Positions 48,421 through 61,325 of a stretch of DNA of 64,000 nt are shown here, one piece after another. Below the pieces are notes generated by a model. The model was not told the DNA's origin. It ran no database searches and was given only the letters and a program-made list of their open reading frames with translations. Every line of letters begins with the position of its first letter. Positions within the stretch are counted from its first letter, which is position 1. Position numbers and translations under genes: made by a program. This DNA is from Octopus sinensis. Lineage: Eukaryota. Location: NCBI RefSeq assembly GCF_006345805.1, contig NC_043016.1:4774001-4838000 (forward strand). Direction: 5' to 3'.

Positions 48421-49032
48421 ATACACAAGATAAAACTTACTTGGAAATGGATGCGTGGCGTTCAATCATATAATAATATAAACAATATATATATAAATAT
48501 ATGCATATATGCACACATATGTGTACATACTTACATATATATGTATATACATATGCGTATATATGGACACAGGACGTCACAGAACGTAAACAACATGAAA
48601 TACGAAATATGAAAACATGGAATACGAACTTTTTTTGCGAACAACGAAAGAAACAAATGGAAAACAAGACAACCAACACAAAGAATGACCCTTCATCAGT
48701 TGTCGGCTGTTTTTCTACTCCGTATTTCGAGCAATTCACGGCAAGATACGTTTTCGACAAAACAGTTGCTCCCGCAAAGCAAATTAAATAAAATTTGAGA
48801 TTTTGCAGAGGGTCAAAGTTGGTAGCAAAAACAGGATAGGGAAAACAAGCAGGAAAGGCTGCTAAGCCTTAAACGAGGTGAAGTGGCGAACACTGGAAGA
48901 AAAAGCTTTGACAGGAGAAAATCAAGAATGCGTCTGATTCCTGAGGCTGATTGGAAAGGAAGAAAGAAATTTGAGTTAGAAAAAGAAAGATAGCCGATGG
49001 TCACGTGCGAGCACACACACACACACACATAC

Positions 49033-49170
49033 ATGATAGGCTTCTTTCAGATTCCATATGGCAAATCCTTTCGTAAGGCTATAGTAGAAGTTTTTGCCCA
49101 ATGTGTCAAATAGTGGAACTGAATCTAGAACCATGTGGTTGAGAAGCAAGCTTCTTACCACACAGCCACC
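49033..49170 (-). mobile_element. SINE family C 5' half
   Basis: GATAGGCTTCTTTCAG...ACCATGTGGTTGAGAAGCAAGCTTCTTACCACACAGCCAC. Confidence 0.7.
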
Positions 49171-49190
49171 CCTGATCATATATATATGTG

Positions 49191-49279
<89 letters not shown>

Positions 49280-49485
49280 GTGTATGCGTGTATGTATGTG
49301 TGGATATTCTTACCGAAAAATATAGCAGAAATAATAATAATTGATTAGTTAAAATTTAGCTCTACAGGATCGTGCGGTTTCCTTCAGGAACGTCAAATTC
49401 GAGGGGCCACCGTGATGGATATGGCTGCAACCCACCTAAATGAACCTTCAGAAGATGAAAACACTGAGAGAGGCAAAGAGAGGTT

Positions 49486-49540
<55 letters not shown>

Positions 49541-50283
49541 CAGGTTGGATAGGGAGATATATTGCATAAAAGAGCGGGATGGAGACAGAGTGAGAGAGAA
49601 AGAGAGATGGTGCGACAGACAGGGAAGACATATATTGGATGATAGAGCGGGTGGAGAGAGAAAGAAAGAGAGAGAGAGAGAAAGAGTAAAATACAGAGAA
49701 ACATTACGCGATCAGAGAACAGATATATAATTTCTAGAAATGAAAAATACTCTTAATAACAATGATTCTTTTATTTGATGAGGTTGGATTGAAAATTTTA
49801 ATTTTACCTCCATCTAACAGTAACTATTGTCATGTGGCCAAAGTGACTTACAAAGTTCAAGGTTCAATAGTTATAAGATTCATAACTGTTGTATCTCGAT
49901 ACATAGATATAATCACTGTCATTGAAAATTACTAAACATCTTTCACCGAACGTAGGTATCGTACACTCCCCAGCATAAGTTAAACAAAGGTTACGGCTGC
50001 ACACAGAACCCAGAGGTACATCATACAGAATATCCATAAGTAGATAGACTGTACTCCACTGCAGAGGTGCAACTACTACATTTTATAACTATACCAAGTG
50101 ATAACTCCAAAAAATATCATAAGCTAATAGTAATGCAAGTGAGTTGCACTGATAAAGACTAAATCGAAGGAAGGAGCGGGTCTTTAAAAGCTGTGTATAC
50201 TCAGACTGTGTTTTATCTCGACTAGCAACAAATCTCTTGCTTGGCAGTTCCACCGGTTCGAAACAAACTCAACACGAAGTGCC

Positions 50284-50514
50284 TATTTCTTTACTACCCA
50301 CAAGGGGCTAAACACAGAGAGGACAAACAAGGACAGACAAACGGATTAAGTCGATTATATCGACCCCAGTGCGTAACTGGTACTTATTTAATCGACCCCG
50401 AAAGGATGAAAGGCAAAGTCGACCTCGGCGGAATTTGAACTCAGAACGTAGCGGCAGGCGAAATACGGCTACGCATTTTGCCCGGCGGGCTAACGTTTCT
50501 GCTAGCTCGCCGCC
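50284..50514 (-). mobile_element. SINE family A with 12-bp TSD
   Basis: ACACGAAGTGCC (50272-50283) and ACACGAAGTACC (50519-50530). Confidence 0.9.
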
Positions 50515-51086
50515 TTCTACACGAAGTACCGTCAGAAGCACATCGTTTAGAGCTTAAAAGTGAATATATAGATATAGATATAAGCTAGGCAAAAAAGACA
50601 GTAGTGTCTTTATGTAAATGACACTGGGGGCGAACATTACACATCGCAGAAAAAGTACAACATCATTACGCAACATCTGTGTCTAATCAATGGGAGAAAC
50701 GAGATAGTGTTCCAGTGTAGACATCAAAATAAATTCAAGTTGAACATTCGTCTCGATTGCAGACAGGGTAAATATCTAAAAATGACATATTAGTGGCAGT
50801 GCGGAATGTTGGCAAGAGCGGGAAAGTAGTAATCACCATCTTAACAACACCAATACAGACAACGTCAGAGAACGGATTAGCTAATGAAAACAAACAGACC
50901 TAATGAAAACGATAGTTTCGAAACTGAATGTAACCGTTTGAATATTTAACATAGACACCTGAAAAATCTCAGATTGTGAACAGTGGGCAAAACCTCAGTG
51001 CAAATACGTACATGCATGCATGCATACATACATACATACACTTAGCGCATATATATACACACACACAAATATATATATATATATAT

Positions 51087-51117
<31 letters not shown>

Positions 51118-51195
51118 GAATAAACCTAAAACATACATTGGGAATATCTCCATCTTTCGTTTAAAAGCTGTAACATTCGTGCGTGAGAGTATCTG

Positions 51196-51226
<31 letters not shown>

Positions 51227-51452
51227 TGTGTGTGTGTAGAACGAAGGTTAGGGAGGGGTGAGAGACATTTGTATATATAAATATATTTACTTACATAAAT
51301 AAAGTTCACTGCCAACTAGGACAGCTGTCAGGAATTAATAGGGTTGACTTTTCTGTGTAATATAACTCAAAATCAATAGAGATTTATCATTATACTAATT
51401 ACCTCAATGCAAAAAACCAGATGTTATATAAACAAGACTCACCCGTAGAAAG

Positions 51453-51484
<32 letters not shown>

Positions 51485-51784
51485 GAGCATGCAAGAATAA
51501 TTTCTAACGAAAGCAAAGGCCGCAAAATTTTAGAGAGGGATGTAACCAACTATATTGACCCCAGTAGTTTTACTGGTACGTGTATCCATAAACACGGGAA
51601 AAATTAACTGTATAGTTTATCTTTTGTGGGGTATGTTTACTGAGACTATGAATAAAAATGGTTGAGGGATGGAAACAGTAAACTATAATGTTCCCAGTAC
51701 ATGACTGGTACTTATTTAATCGACTTTTGATGGCGAGAGATGAAGTTATGTGTGTGTGCATGTGTGTGTTTATACACGTACATG

Positions 51785-52740
51785 TTAAGTTCAACTCATG
51801 CTCATGTTTGGTGGGGCTGGGGGGTCATTTCAGCTCAGCGGTTCCAAACATGTCATCGTGCGTAAAGCCGACTAGGTCTACTAGTACCCTCCATCACTGG
51901 TGGTTCCGTGCCAGTCCCTCTACATTCGTCAAGATGACGTCGAGTCTGTGGAGATATTCTTGAATCACGTCCAGCTATCCGGTGAGGGGCCTTCCACAGA
52001 ACCTCTTCCAGTCCGCAGCTACTGTGCCGAACGAGAGGAAGGCCCTGGTAGGATGATCTGTGGGTAGGCGGAGGACATGTCCGTACTAGCACATGTGGAG
52101 CATAGCTATGTGGTGGTAGGCTAAGGGCTGATACGTGTGCACGCGCAGCACTTTCTTGTAAGCCTGGTGGTACCATCTGATGTTCTGGATTGTCCTCAGG
52201 AATCTGCTATCGAAGCCATCGATTGCCTTTGCCAGGGTCTTCGTGGGATGGGGCCAACTTTCTGCTCCTTAGAGGAAAATGGAGGGGTTCGACACCTTGT
52301 AGATGCAGATCTTCGTCTACTAGGCATTGGTACCAAAGGGGTTTCACTAGGAAGTACATGACCTCGGCGGGCAGACCACATTTGAGGTTGATCTCTGGGG
52401 TTAAGTCTCTTTTTATTGGTGACTGTAGAGCTCAGATGGATGAAGGAACAGACAAACTCCATCACATCGGGGCTAATATGAAGAAGCGGAAGGTCCAGGT
52501 CATCAACAGCGGTGTCAGACATGGCTGCGTGGCCGCCTCCCACCTCTTCATCTATGTCATCGATTATGTGATGACCAATGAGCAAGTTTTATACGTTACT
52601 TTCTGGAACTACACCTTGCCGATCTGGAGTATATGGACGATACAACTTGATAGATCTGCTCATGGATGTTTTGACCATATACCGAGATGAATCAACGAAG
52701 GTTGGTCTTCAGGTGAGTTGGGCGAAGACCAAGCTGTTGT
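51785..52740 (-). mobile_element. RTE LINE fragment with inverted 5' segment
   Basis: 51785-52500 carries the RTE C-terminus and 3' UTR on the minus strand. 52500-52740 carries the upstream RT segment (NSGVRHGCVAASHLF...STKVGLQVSWAKTKL) on the plus strand. Confidence 0.8.
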
Positions 52741-53061
52741 ATACACACGCACGCGCACACGCATGTCTATATATGCAATATTATATATATTGTGTGTGTA
52801 TACGTGTGTACCAGAGAAAGAAAAGAGCATTCAAAATGCATGGTTTTAAGTATTTTTACTAACACTTGACTTGGAGTTCTAACTTTCAAACAATTCCATT
52901 ATATTGCTGGTGCCTTTTTTATTGACCACCTCAAGATTGCGAGGCAAATCTGACATCGGTCGGATAGCATTCAGAATTAGAGATCGAAATAAATATCGCA
53001 AAGTATTTCATTAAAACACACACATGCATTGCATACATAAACTGATATTTATTGGTTTCAA

Positions 53062-53267
53062 ATTCTGGCACAAGGCCAGCAGTTTTGGGAGAGGAGGTAA
53101 GTCAATTACATTGACCCTAGTGCTCAACTGGTACTTTTTTCACCGACCCCGAAAGGATGTAAACCAAAGTCAACCTCGGTGGAATTTGAACTCAGAACGT
53201 AAAGACGGGTGAAATGCCTCTAAGCATCTTGCCCGGCGTAGTAACAATTTTGCCAGTTCGCTGCCTT
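53062..53267 (-). mobile_element. SINE family B
   Basis: GGCACAAGGCCAGCAGTTTTGGG tail through TTGCCAGTTCGCTGCC head. Confidence 0.8.
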
Positions 53268-54909
53268 GCGATATGACATAATTTAAGACGGGTTGACCTG
53301 TCTCGGGTTTATTCATCGTTAAACGAAATATATGTTGTGCATATCGCCGACCAGAAGAGAAGACGAAAGCGAAGGTGATTTATATCGCTGAAAACAAAGA
53401 AGATTACTTTAGTTCTCTAATTATTTCATTCACCTAATCTTTCAAATTGAACTAAAATATGCGTCAACATTAGCTAAAAGCTTTCAGTGGTGAAGAGGAG
53501 AGGGTAAACCATTTACTAGAGTTTCTCAGAATACTTTGAAATCCAGAGTTAGTGGCAAGTGAACATGCTCATTGCACACTTCAAAGATATCATGTCTTTC
53601 GGTTGAAGAAGATCAAGTAGTGGTCGTATACATTCTATACTAATTAAACCGTTATTAATTGCATAACCAGGTAGATTAATAGCTTTAGAAGAAACTGTAC
53701 ACTTTTCTCTGATTAAAGTAAGCATTTAAAAGCTTCTTCGTGATCATGCGTACTTTGCTTATTGTCCACAAATAGTAACATCGATATAGCAAAGCAGCCG
53801 GCGGTCTTTTCCCAATTATGCCTTCAACTAAAAGCTAGCAGCACCGTCGGGGATTACAAATGAAATCGGTGTAAATTGATTCAACTGATGGTCAGTCTTG
53901 AGTGCAGTGTAAGATTTGTCTTCTTTTATCTTTGATACTAAGTATTTCGTAGACTCATCGTACTGAAGACTTTACGTTGAGCCACTTCGCCCCGACTATC
54001 TCCTCGCTGATTGGTAGAGGATATGCATTTTGTAACGCATAGTGAATTACTGTCTGGGAATAGTTGATGTCGATAAGTTTTTTATGACTATCATTAGATG
54101 AAACCGACTGCTGAGACCTTTATGGAGACTCAATTTGTTCAATAATTCACACCTTTAACAAATGTGTTTCTTGAGAATTTATAAATTTTTGATCACCAGG
54201 AAAATGTTGTCTAGATTTGTTGGATTTTCTTTTTACTTGTGTATGTTTTCTAGCTCTCTGTTAAAGGTTTCTGAGCTCTCCATGTATATTTATGCTTTGA
54301 CTATTCTTCATTTTATTCTAAGATTTATAACAACACATGGCAAATAGAGAACAGTAGCAGCAGAAAGTTCAGCTACCGTGGATACCGCAAGAGAGGAAGT
54401 TTGAGATCGACAAATCTAAGCACAAGGTCCTTCCTTACCATGACTTTTACATAGTACATCCTTAGCGGATTATTTTATCAGGGACGTCTCTTTGGCGAGT
54501 ATAAGATGCTCTGGGGGAGATAACTACCGCAACAGTTGAAGTGTGAATAGGATTGTACAAGAAGACTTTTGATTGACTTTTGGGAAGATCAAATGAAGCT
54601 GCAGAGTGCTTTTGAACCATTTCTGGAGAATAAACCTGCTCGTAGGCAGGCTGAAGATTAGGAACTCAGTTCTCAGATAAACATTGCCTTATTTGGAAAG
54701 AAGAAAGACAATTGTTAAAGTTGTCCCTCATAAAATTCATCCGTTTTTTTCACTTAGCAGTTACTGTCTTAATGCTGTAATCATTAGTTAAGACTTTTAA
54801 TGCTTGTAAATACTGGTCCAGTGACTCCTTAAACTCTTCTCGAAGGGTAACGAAATATATGCCAAGTATATACTTTATTTTCGAATCTGTTGTATAAAGC
54901 TAGCAGACT

Positions 54910-55059
54910 CTAGCGTAGTTTGGTGGTGGTGGTGGCGGGGATGCGTGGGGGGCGGTCCACCCCGTGTGGCACTTTTAAAGGGACATCACTTTTGGGGCTG
55001 CTGTAGGCAATATGTGTTTTTTGTGGGGTCCGGGGCGGCTAACGAAAGGGCTACCCCGT

Positions 55060-55096
<37 letters not shown>

Positions 55097-55310
55097 CAAT
55101 ATACTCATACACCCTTGAAGATATGTAATGGTTTGGGAGATTAAGGCTTCTGAGCGTCTTCTCCTTCAATTGATAACATTTCAAAGAAGTTTTCAAAAGT
55201 TTTCCGTGAGTGGAACCTCTTCTTCGTAGCATGTTTCATTGGCCTCTGAACATTTGGAGAGGAGGAACTTGTCCATGATACAAATGAGGAATAAATTGAC
55301 AGATATTAAA
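54910..55310. mobile_element. Possible hAT-like DNA transposon remnant
   Basis: GC-rich GCGTAG...GGGGGGCGGTCCACCCCG end-like motif; the minus frame MDKFLLSKCSE resembles transposase starts. Weak. Confidence 0.25.
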
Positions 55311-55475
55311 ACTAGTTTGCCTTTTGTGGGGTTTTATTTATCAATAAGCAAAACATAGTACTTGCTACCAACCGGAAGAGAGGCCGTGAGTGAAATTGAG
55401 ATTTATATCGTCTGAAACAAGTGAAGCTACTTTAATTCTATGTCAGATAATACTAACATAAGACTTAAATAATAT

Positions 55476-55573
<98 letters not shown>

Positions 55574-56389
55574 GTCAGTTTTGGACGGAAATACGGTATT
55601 TATTTCGGCTTTTTATGTTCTGAATTCGCCCGAGTCGTTTGGGTTCTCGTAGGATGGGTCCAAAACAATTCACTATAAACCGGAAGTATGTTATTCATCG
55701 TTTTTGAAACATAAACATAGCAGGCTGTCGTAATATGTATTCTCTGGTGCCAGTTACTTCTATATTAAACACGCAGCCCTAAGTCGATGAATATGTTATT
55801 AATAAGCAGCATGCTGTAGGATTTATAATCACCAAATTACATTTGCCTTATCTCGGAGAGATTAGAAAACCTGCCGCATGTTGTTTATTAATAACCTCAT
55901 CGACTTACTGCCGCGTGCTTAATACTGGAGCATTTACTGATCCTGCAGATTATAATTTACGACAATTTCTATATTTATGATAATTAACGATAATTGAGAT
56001 ACATCCTGTTTTGTAATTTCTTCTAGACCCATTCTAAGAAGGCACCATCGACGTATTTTCATTTTGTTTTTATTCAAGTTTCAAATTCTCAGTATCTATA
56101 TCTACATCTCTGTGTGTCTGTCTGTCTCTCGGTCTGCCTACGGTGTTTATTCTGGTAATCAGCGCTAACATGCTATTCTAATAGTAGCGTTTACACAGAT
56201 AATGTTATTGGGTTTTAAATTCAGTGACTTATTAGTTCTTGAATGTATATCTTTGTATGAGTATTTTCATTTCTCACGTCATCTCCTTTTTCATTCACTG
56301 TATATTTTCAACTCTGATCTCTTGTTTATTTTTTATTTTCACTCTTTTACTTTCGACAGTTCCTCTCTGTCTTTCTTTCTCGCCCTCTT

Positions 56390-56429
<40 letters not shown>

Positions 56430-56891
56430 ATTTCTAACTACTCTCGTAAAAGAAACACTTGCATGGTCAAGCAATACCTTTTTTTTTTCTGTTTTCAGTT
56501 CCCCTTACTCTCTTTTCTCTGTTGAGTCTCCAGCTCTTTGCCTAAAGTCCGAGCACATCTGTTATTGAATTCTGTATATCAGGGACGACACTGTTCTATG
56601 TGCCTTTCCTTCTTTAAAACAGTCTGATTGGTAACTGAAGGGCGGTCTTTGCCATTATTTGTTCATGCAAACTTCTATGTCTGATGCGTGTACAAATAGG
56701 TTAATTTGTGTGTATAGGTATTACAGTGTGTTTCTGTACTAATATTTTCTTATGTCATATGTAAGAGATTTGGCAACCATTCTATGAAGTTATTTGAAAA
56801 ATAGATTATCTTAAAAAGATACATTTATATTTTATGATTGTAATGCTTAGCTCCATGCTAGTTATGATAAATGAACGGTGTTATGTATGTA

Positions 56892-57092
56892 CGAGGAGTG
56901 CTAAAGAGTTCCTGGCTTTGGGTAAACGAAAACAGAGGAGGATTGGTCAATTGTGATTTTATTCAACATATTGCCCTCCCATAGTTATTGCAAGCGGTCC
57001 TTCAGTTTTTCTGTAAAAGAACTCGGGAAGTTGGGCCTCCAACCAGGCCTTTCGCGACGCCCTTAAAGCCAAGAACTTTTCAGCACCCTCAT
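56892..57092. mobile_element. Mariner-type MITE
   Basis: TA + CGAGGAGTGCTAAAGAGTTCCTGGCTTT pairs imperfectly with AAAGCCAAGAACTTTTCAGCACCCTC. Confidence 0.75.
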
Positions 57093-57111
57093 CTCTCTCT
57101 CTCTCTCACTC

Positions 57112-57149
<38 letters not shown>

Positions 57150-57300
57150 CGTTTTTATTATTATTTTGCAATTTACTTATTCATCGGTATATTATCGTTA
57201 TTTTATTTTAATATTTCTATTACATGTAATTTTCTAGAGGGTGAAATTTAATTGTCATTTTGAATTGTTAAAAGGTGTTTTTTCCAATTTATATATATAT
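57150..57300. repeat. Single diverged copy of the 33.8-kb fold-back arm
   Basis: TAATATTTCTATTACATGTAATTTTCTAGAGGGTGAAATTTAATTGTCATTTTGAATTGTTAAAAGGTG matches 33868-33945. Confidence 0.8.
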
Positions 57301-57305
57301 ATAAC

Positions 57306-58254
57306 CCTGAAAATATTGCGCATCTGCAACATGAGCTGGACACAATATACAGGTGGGCTGAGGACACACATGCAGTTTAATGCAGGTAAGTTCCAGGCCC
57401 TGCGCTACTGGCACACAAAGGTAAATGACGTGAAGACTGGATACACTGGCCCAGGAAGAATTGCAATCCCTGAGTCAAAATCAGTGCGTGACCTGGGCAT
57501 TGACATGAGCAATGATGCATCTTTCCGAATGCATATTGCTAATCTGGTGATAAAATGCAGACGGCTAGCTGGATGGATTCTCCGAACTTTCAGAACAAGA
57601 GAGAAGGAGACACTGATGGTCCTATGGAAAACATTTGTCCTCAGCCGCTTGGACTACTGCTCCCAACTTTGGTCACCACACAATATAAAACAAACAGCAG
57701 AACTCGAAGCAACTCAGAGAAGCTACACAAAGAAAATCGTCTCAATGCAAAATGTCAGCTACTGGGAAAGACTGAAGGTATTAAACCTCTTCTCCCTGGA
57801 GCGGAGGCGGGAGAGATTATGCAGTAATATACATCTGGAAAATCCTGGAGGGTCTTGTCCCAAACTTTGGCATTCAAAGTTACTCCAACCGCAGAACGGG
57901 GCGCCGCTGCGTGGTGCCAAGGATTCCAACATCACCATCAAAATACAGGTCCAGATACTGCAACAGCTTGGTTTCAGAGGACCCCAGCTTTTCAACATCC
58001 TCCCTAAATGCCTGAGAGACTTACATGGTGTGGATGTGGGTTTCTTTAAAACTAACTGGATCTCTTCTTGTTGGGAGTCCCAGATGAACCTACCTCACGA
58101 CAGGAGACACGGATGCGGGCAGCAGCATCGACTCCTTGTTGATCAAGTGCCACGTATCAGAGGTGGATTCACAAACTAGTGTGGCTCATTCAGCGGTGGT
58201 GCCCCAGCATGGCCGCGGCCTTCGGGCTAAACATTTTTAAGGATTTAAGGATTT
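57306..58254 (+). mobile_element. 5'-truncated CR1/L2-group LINE pseudogene
   Basis: MQFNAGKFQALRY...VRDLGIDMS...LDYCSQLWSP...YWERLKVLNLFSLERRRER with frameshifts; 3' UTR ends in the octamer repeat (TTTAAGGA)n. Confidence 0.9.
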
Positions 58255-58989
58255 ATTATATTATATATATATATACTATATATATATATTATATATTATA
58301 TAATATATATATATATATAAATGGATAATGAATGATCCTTTGTTTACCGTTAACATGGAAAATTCAATAAACAGCTACCATGGTATCAAAATTCACGCAA
58401 GTAACACGGATGAAGCGACCTATTCAAAGGTAGAAACTCCGGGTTAATGTGCAGTAATTTGTGTAGTATAAGTAAATAAATGGAGTTGAACGCAGATGCT
58501 ATTCAAATTCTTTTACTTTCGATATGTGTTTCGAAGACAACATTGGTTTTATTCCAAAGGAATATACGGTGTAAACTGCAATCTTCTCATCGGGAAAGAA
58601 AGAGAGCCTATCTCAACAGCAAGACATTATAACAATTACGATGACTGCATAAATGATAAACAGAACGTTATTAAGTATTTTAAAAAAACGTTAGTAGATT
58701 CGACGTCAAAGGCAGATACTAGAAAGAGAAGGGTTAAAGAAATAATAAGTAGAGAACAAATACTTAATATTTAAAATACTTAATAACGTGTGTATATATG
58801 TACGTATATATTAAAATACTTAATAATGTATGTATATATGTACGTATGTATGTATATATGTATGTACGTATGTGTGTGTGTATGTATGTATGTATGTATG
58901 TATGTATGTATGTATGTATGTATGTATGTATGTATGTATGTATGTATGTATGTATGTATGTCCAATAAATGCCTTACAGCTGTATCATG

Positions 58990-59330
58990 CGAGGGGACAT
59001 AGAAGTAATCGGACTGAATACCCGATCGCGCGGTTAAACCATTGGGAGTGAAGGACTCCTGGCCTTTGTTAGGGCATCCTTCTAGGAGAAGGTAACTCAG
59101 GTAACTGGGATAACTCCGACATAAAACCTGCGGCTCAGTGGTTACCGATGATGTTGACTTGTTCTTCTTTTCGGACTATGACTGCTGTTGCTTAGTGAGT
59201 GGGATTGACTCAGTGCACAGCCTTTGCTCACTTTTAAAAAATCTTCTTGCACAGGCATTGCACGACAACATTGATTAAGCTTCGTGCAATGGGCATACTC
59301 GATAACGAGGGGGCAGTCACCACCACCATG
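58990..59330 (+). mobile_element. Non-coding bipartite RTE-derived element (5' UTR-like part plus 3' tail)
   Basis: GGGCATCCTTCTAGGAGAAGGTAACTC resembles RTE 5' UTR motifs; the last 45 nt match the 7.5-kb RTE tail at 41/45. Confidence 0.6.
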
Positions 59331-60157
59331 CGTGTACATATGCTTGTAATATATGTATGCATGTATGTATGTGTGTGCGTATATTTGGATGTATGTATGT
59401 ATATTTCTATGTTTGTTTGTATGTATGTATGTACATACGTACGTATGTATGTATGTATGTATGTATGTATGTATGTACGTACGTACGTACGTATGTATGT
59501 ATGTATGTATGTATGTATGTATGTATGTATGTATGTATGTACGTTTTGATTTATGTATGTATTCTCATGCATATAGCTACATATCTAGACATGATCATGT
59601 ATATTTAAATGATAAACTTCTGGAAAGTTTTACAGATTTTTACAGTTCCAGTAATGGACTGGATCTGTAGTCTTCGAATCAGCTTTCTCCTTTCTAGTTT
59701 TGAGAAAAGCCTAATTTCTCAAGATTGGTATTTAGGCAGTGTGTTACATATCCCAGGACCCCAATAATTACAGGTATAAACCTCAACTTGTAATCTGGTT
59801 AGAATAACTGTAGATTTTATCGATAGTTCAGTGTAGGTATTCGTTTTTTCCAGATTTATGTCAACATCTGCTGGGCAGCTAATTTCCACGTATATATGTA
59901 TGTGTGTGTGTGTGTGTGTGTAAGTTTGGGTGGATGAATGGATGGCTGTGTGCATGTGCACAAATATACATATAAACCGAGAAATTTTAGACTAAAATTG
60001 GTTGGTTTAAAACACTTGTGTGTGTACGCGCGTGCATGTGTATAGTGCGAAGTAAAAAATCTTAAGGGTATATATTTAAAAAGATGCCGAATGATGCGAA
60101 CTTTTTTTTTTTTTTTTTTTTTAGTTTTCATAAAGAAATTGAAGTTAATAATCTCTA

Positions 60158-60543
60158 CTTTAGGCACAAAGCCTGAAATCTTGAAATTTTGGGGTGAGGG
60201 GATGAGTCGACAATATCGACTCCAGTGCGTAACTGGTATTTCGTTTATCGTCCCCGAAAGGATGAAAAGCAAAGTCGACCCCTGCGGAATTTGAACTCAG
60301 AACGTGATGAAAGATGAAATACCTATTTCTTTACTACCCACAAGGGGCTAAACACAGGAGACAAACAAGGACAGACAGACGGATTAAGTCGACAATATCG
60401 ACCCCAGTGCGTAACTAGTACTTAATTTATCGACCCCGAAAGGATGAAAGGTAAAGTCGACCTCGGCGGAATTTGAACTCAGAATGTAACGGCAGACGAA
60501 ATGCAAGGATGAAAGAAAGGCAAAGTCTGCTAGCTCGCCGCCT
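60158..60543 (-). mobile_element. Composite SINE: family A inside family B
   Basis: B tail and body to GATGAAATAC, then the A tail CTATTTCTTTACTACCCACAAGGGG, A body, and a rearranged head. Confidence 0.85.
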
Positions 60544-60922
60544 AAATTAGTAATGAATTCATTTCGGTGCTGGAAGGTTGAATATAAAAAATGATAATCA
60601 AAAAATAATTATCTTAAATGACAAGTGAAGGTGAAGAAGCAATATTATATGTTTTACCTACGGAAAAAAATTCAGTGCACTCGAGTTTATTAATAATTTT
60701 CTTTTCTCAAAGTTTTGAAGAACTTAATTAAAGAGTTTCATAGGAGAAATAATTGACTGAATTAAAATATGATGAATATTTTCTTAGCATTCATGAGAGG
60801 AGGTAGGGGGAAATTTGAAGTAGTTTGAGGGGGTAGTAAAATAAGAAACAGCAAAAAAATATGACAAACTGTATGAAATGAATACGAAAAAATTGAGTTG
60901 TATTGGTCGATTATTAAATATT

Positions 60923-61325
60923 CTTTTCTACTCTAGGCATAAGGCTCGAAATTTCTGGGGAGGAGGCCAGTCGATTAGGTCAACCCCAGTACGCGATTGG
61001 TACTGAATTTATCGACCCCAAAAGGATGAACGGCAAAGTCGACCTCGGCAGAATTTGAACTCAGAACGTAAAGTCAGACGAAATACCTATTTCTTTACTA
61101 CCCACAAGGGGCTAAACACAGAGAGGACAAACAAGAACAGACAAACAGATTGAGTCGATTGTATCGGCACCAGTACACAACTGGTACTTATTTAATCGAC
61201 CCCGAAAGGATGAAAGGCAAAGTCAACCTCAGCGGAATTTGAACTCAGAACGTAGCGGCAGGCGAAATACTGCTAAGCATTTCATTTCACCCGGCGTGCT
61301 AACGATTCTGCCAGCTTGCCGCCGT
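60923..61325 (-). mobile_element. Composite SINE: family A inside family B, 16-bp outer TSD
   Basis: Junction GACGAAATAC|CTATTTC; perfect TSD TCGATTATTAAATATT at 60907-60922 and 61326-61341. Confidence 0.92.

Noticed and set aside
47151-48473. ORFs of 340-425 aa (MYVC/HTYI repeats)
   Set aside because: They are translations of a (CATA)n microsatellite with no stop in several frames. The same applies to most YIYI, THTH, LSIY and ERER ORFs in the track.
57241-58179. 312-aa ORF as an intact gene
   Set aside because: It is a chimeric frame across flank and a frameshifted, 5'-truncated CR1-group LINE.
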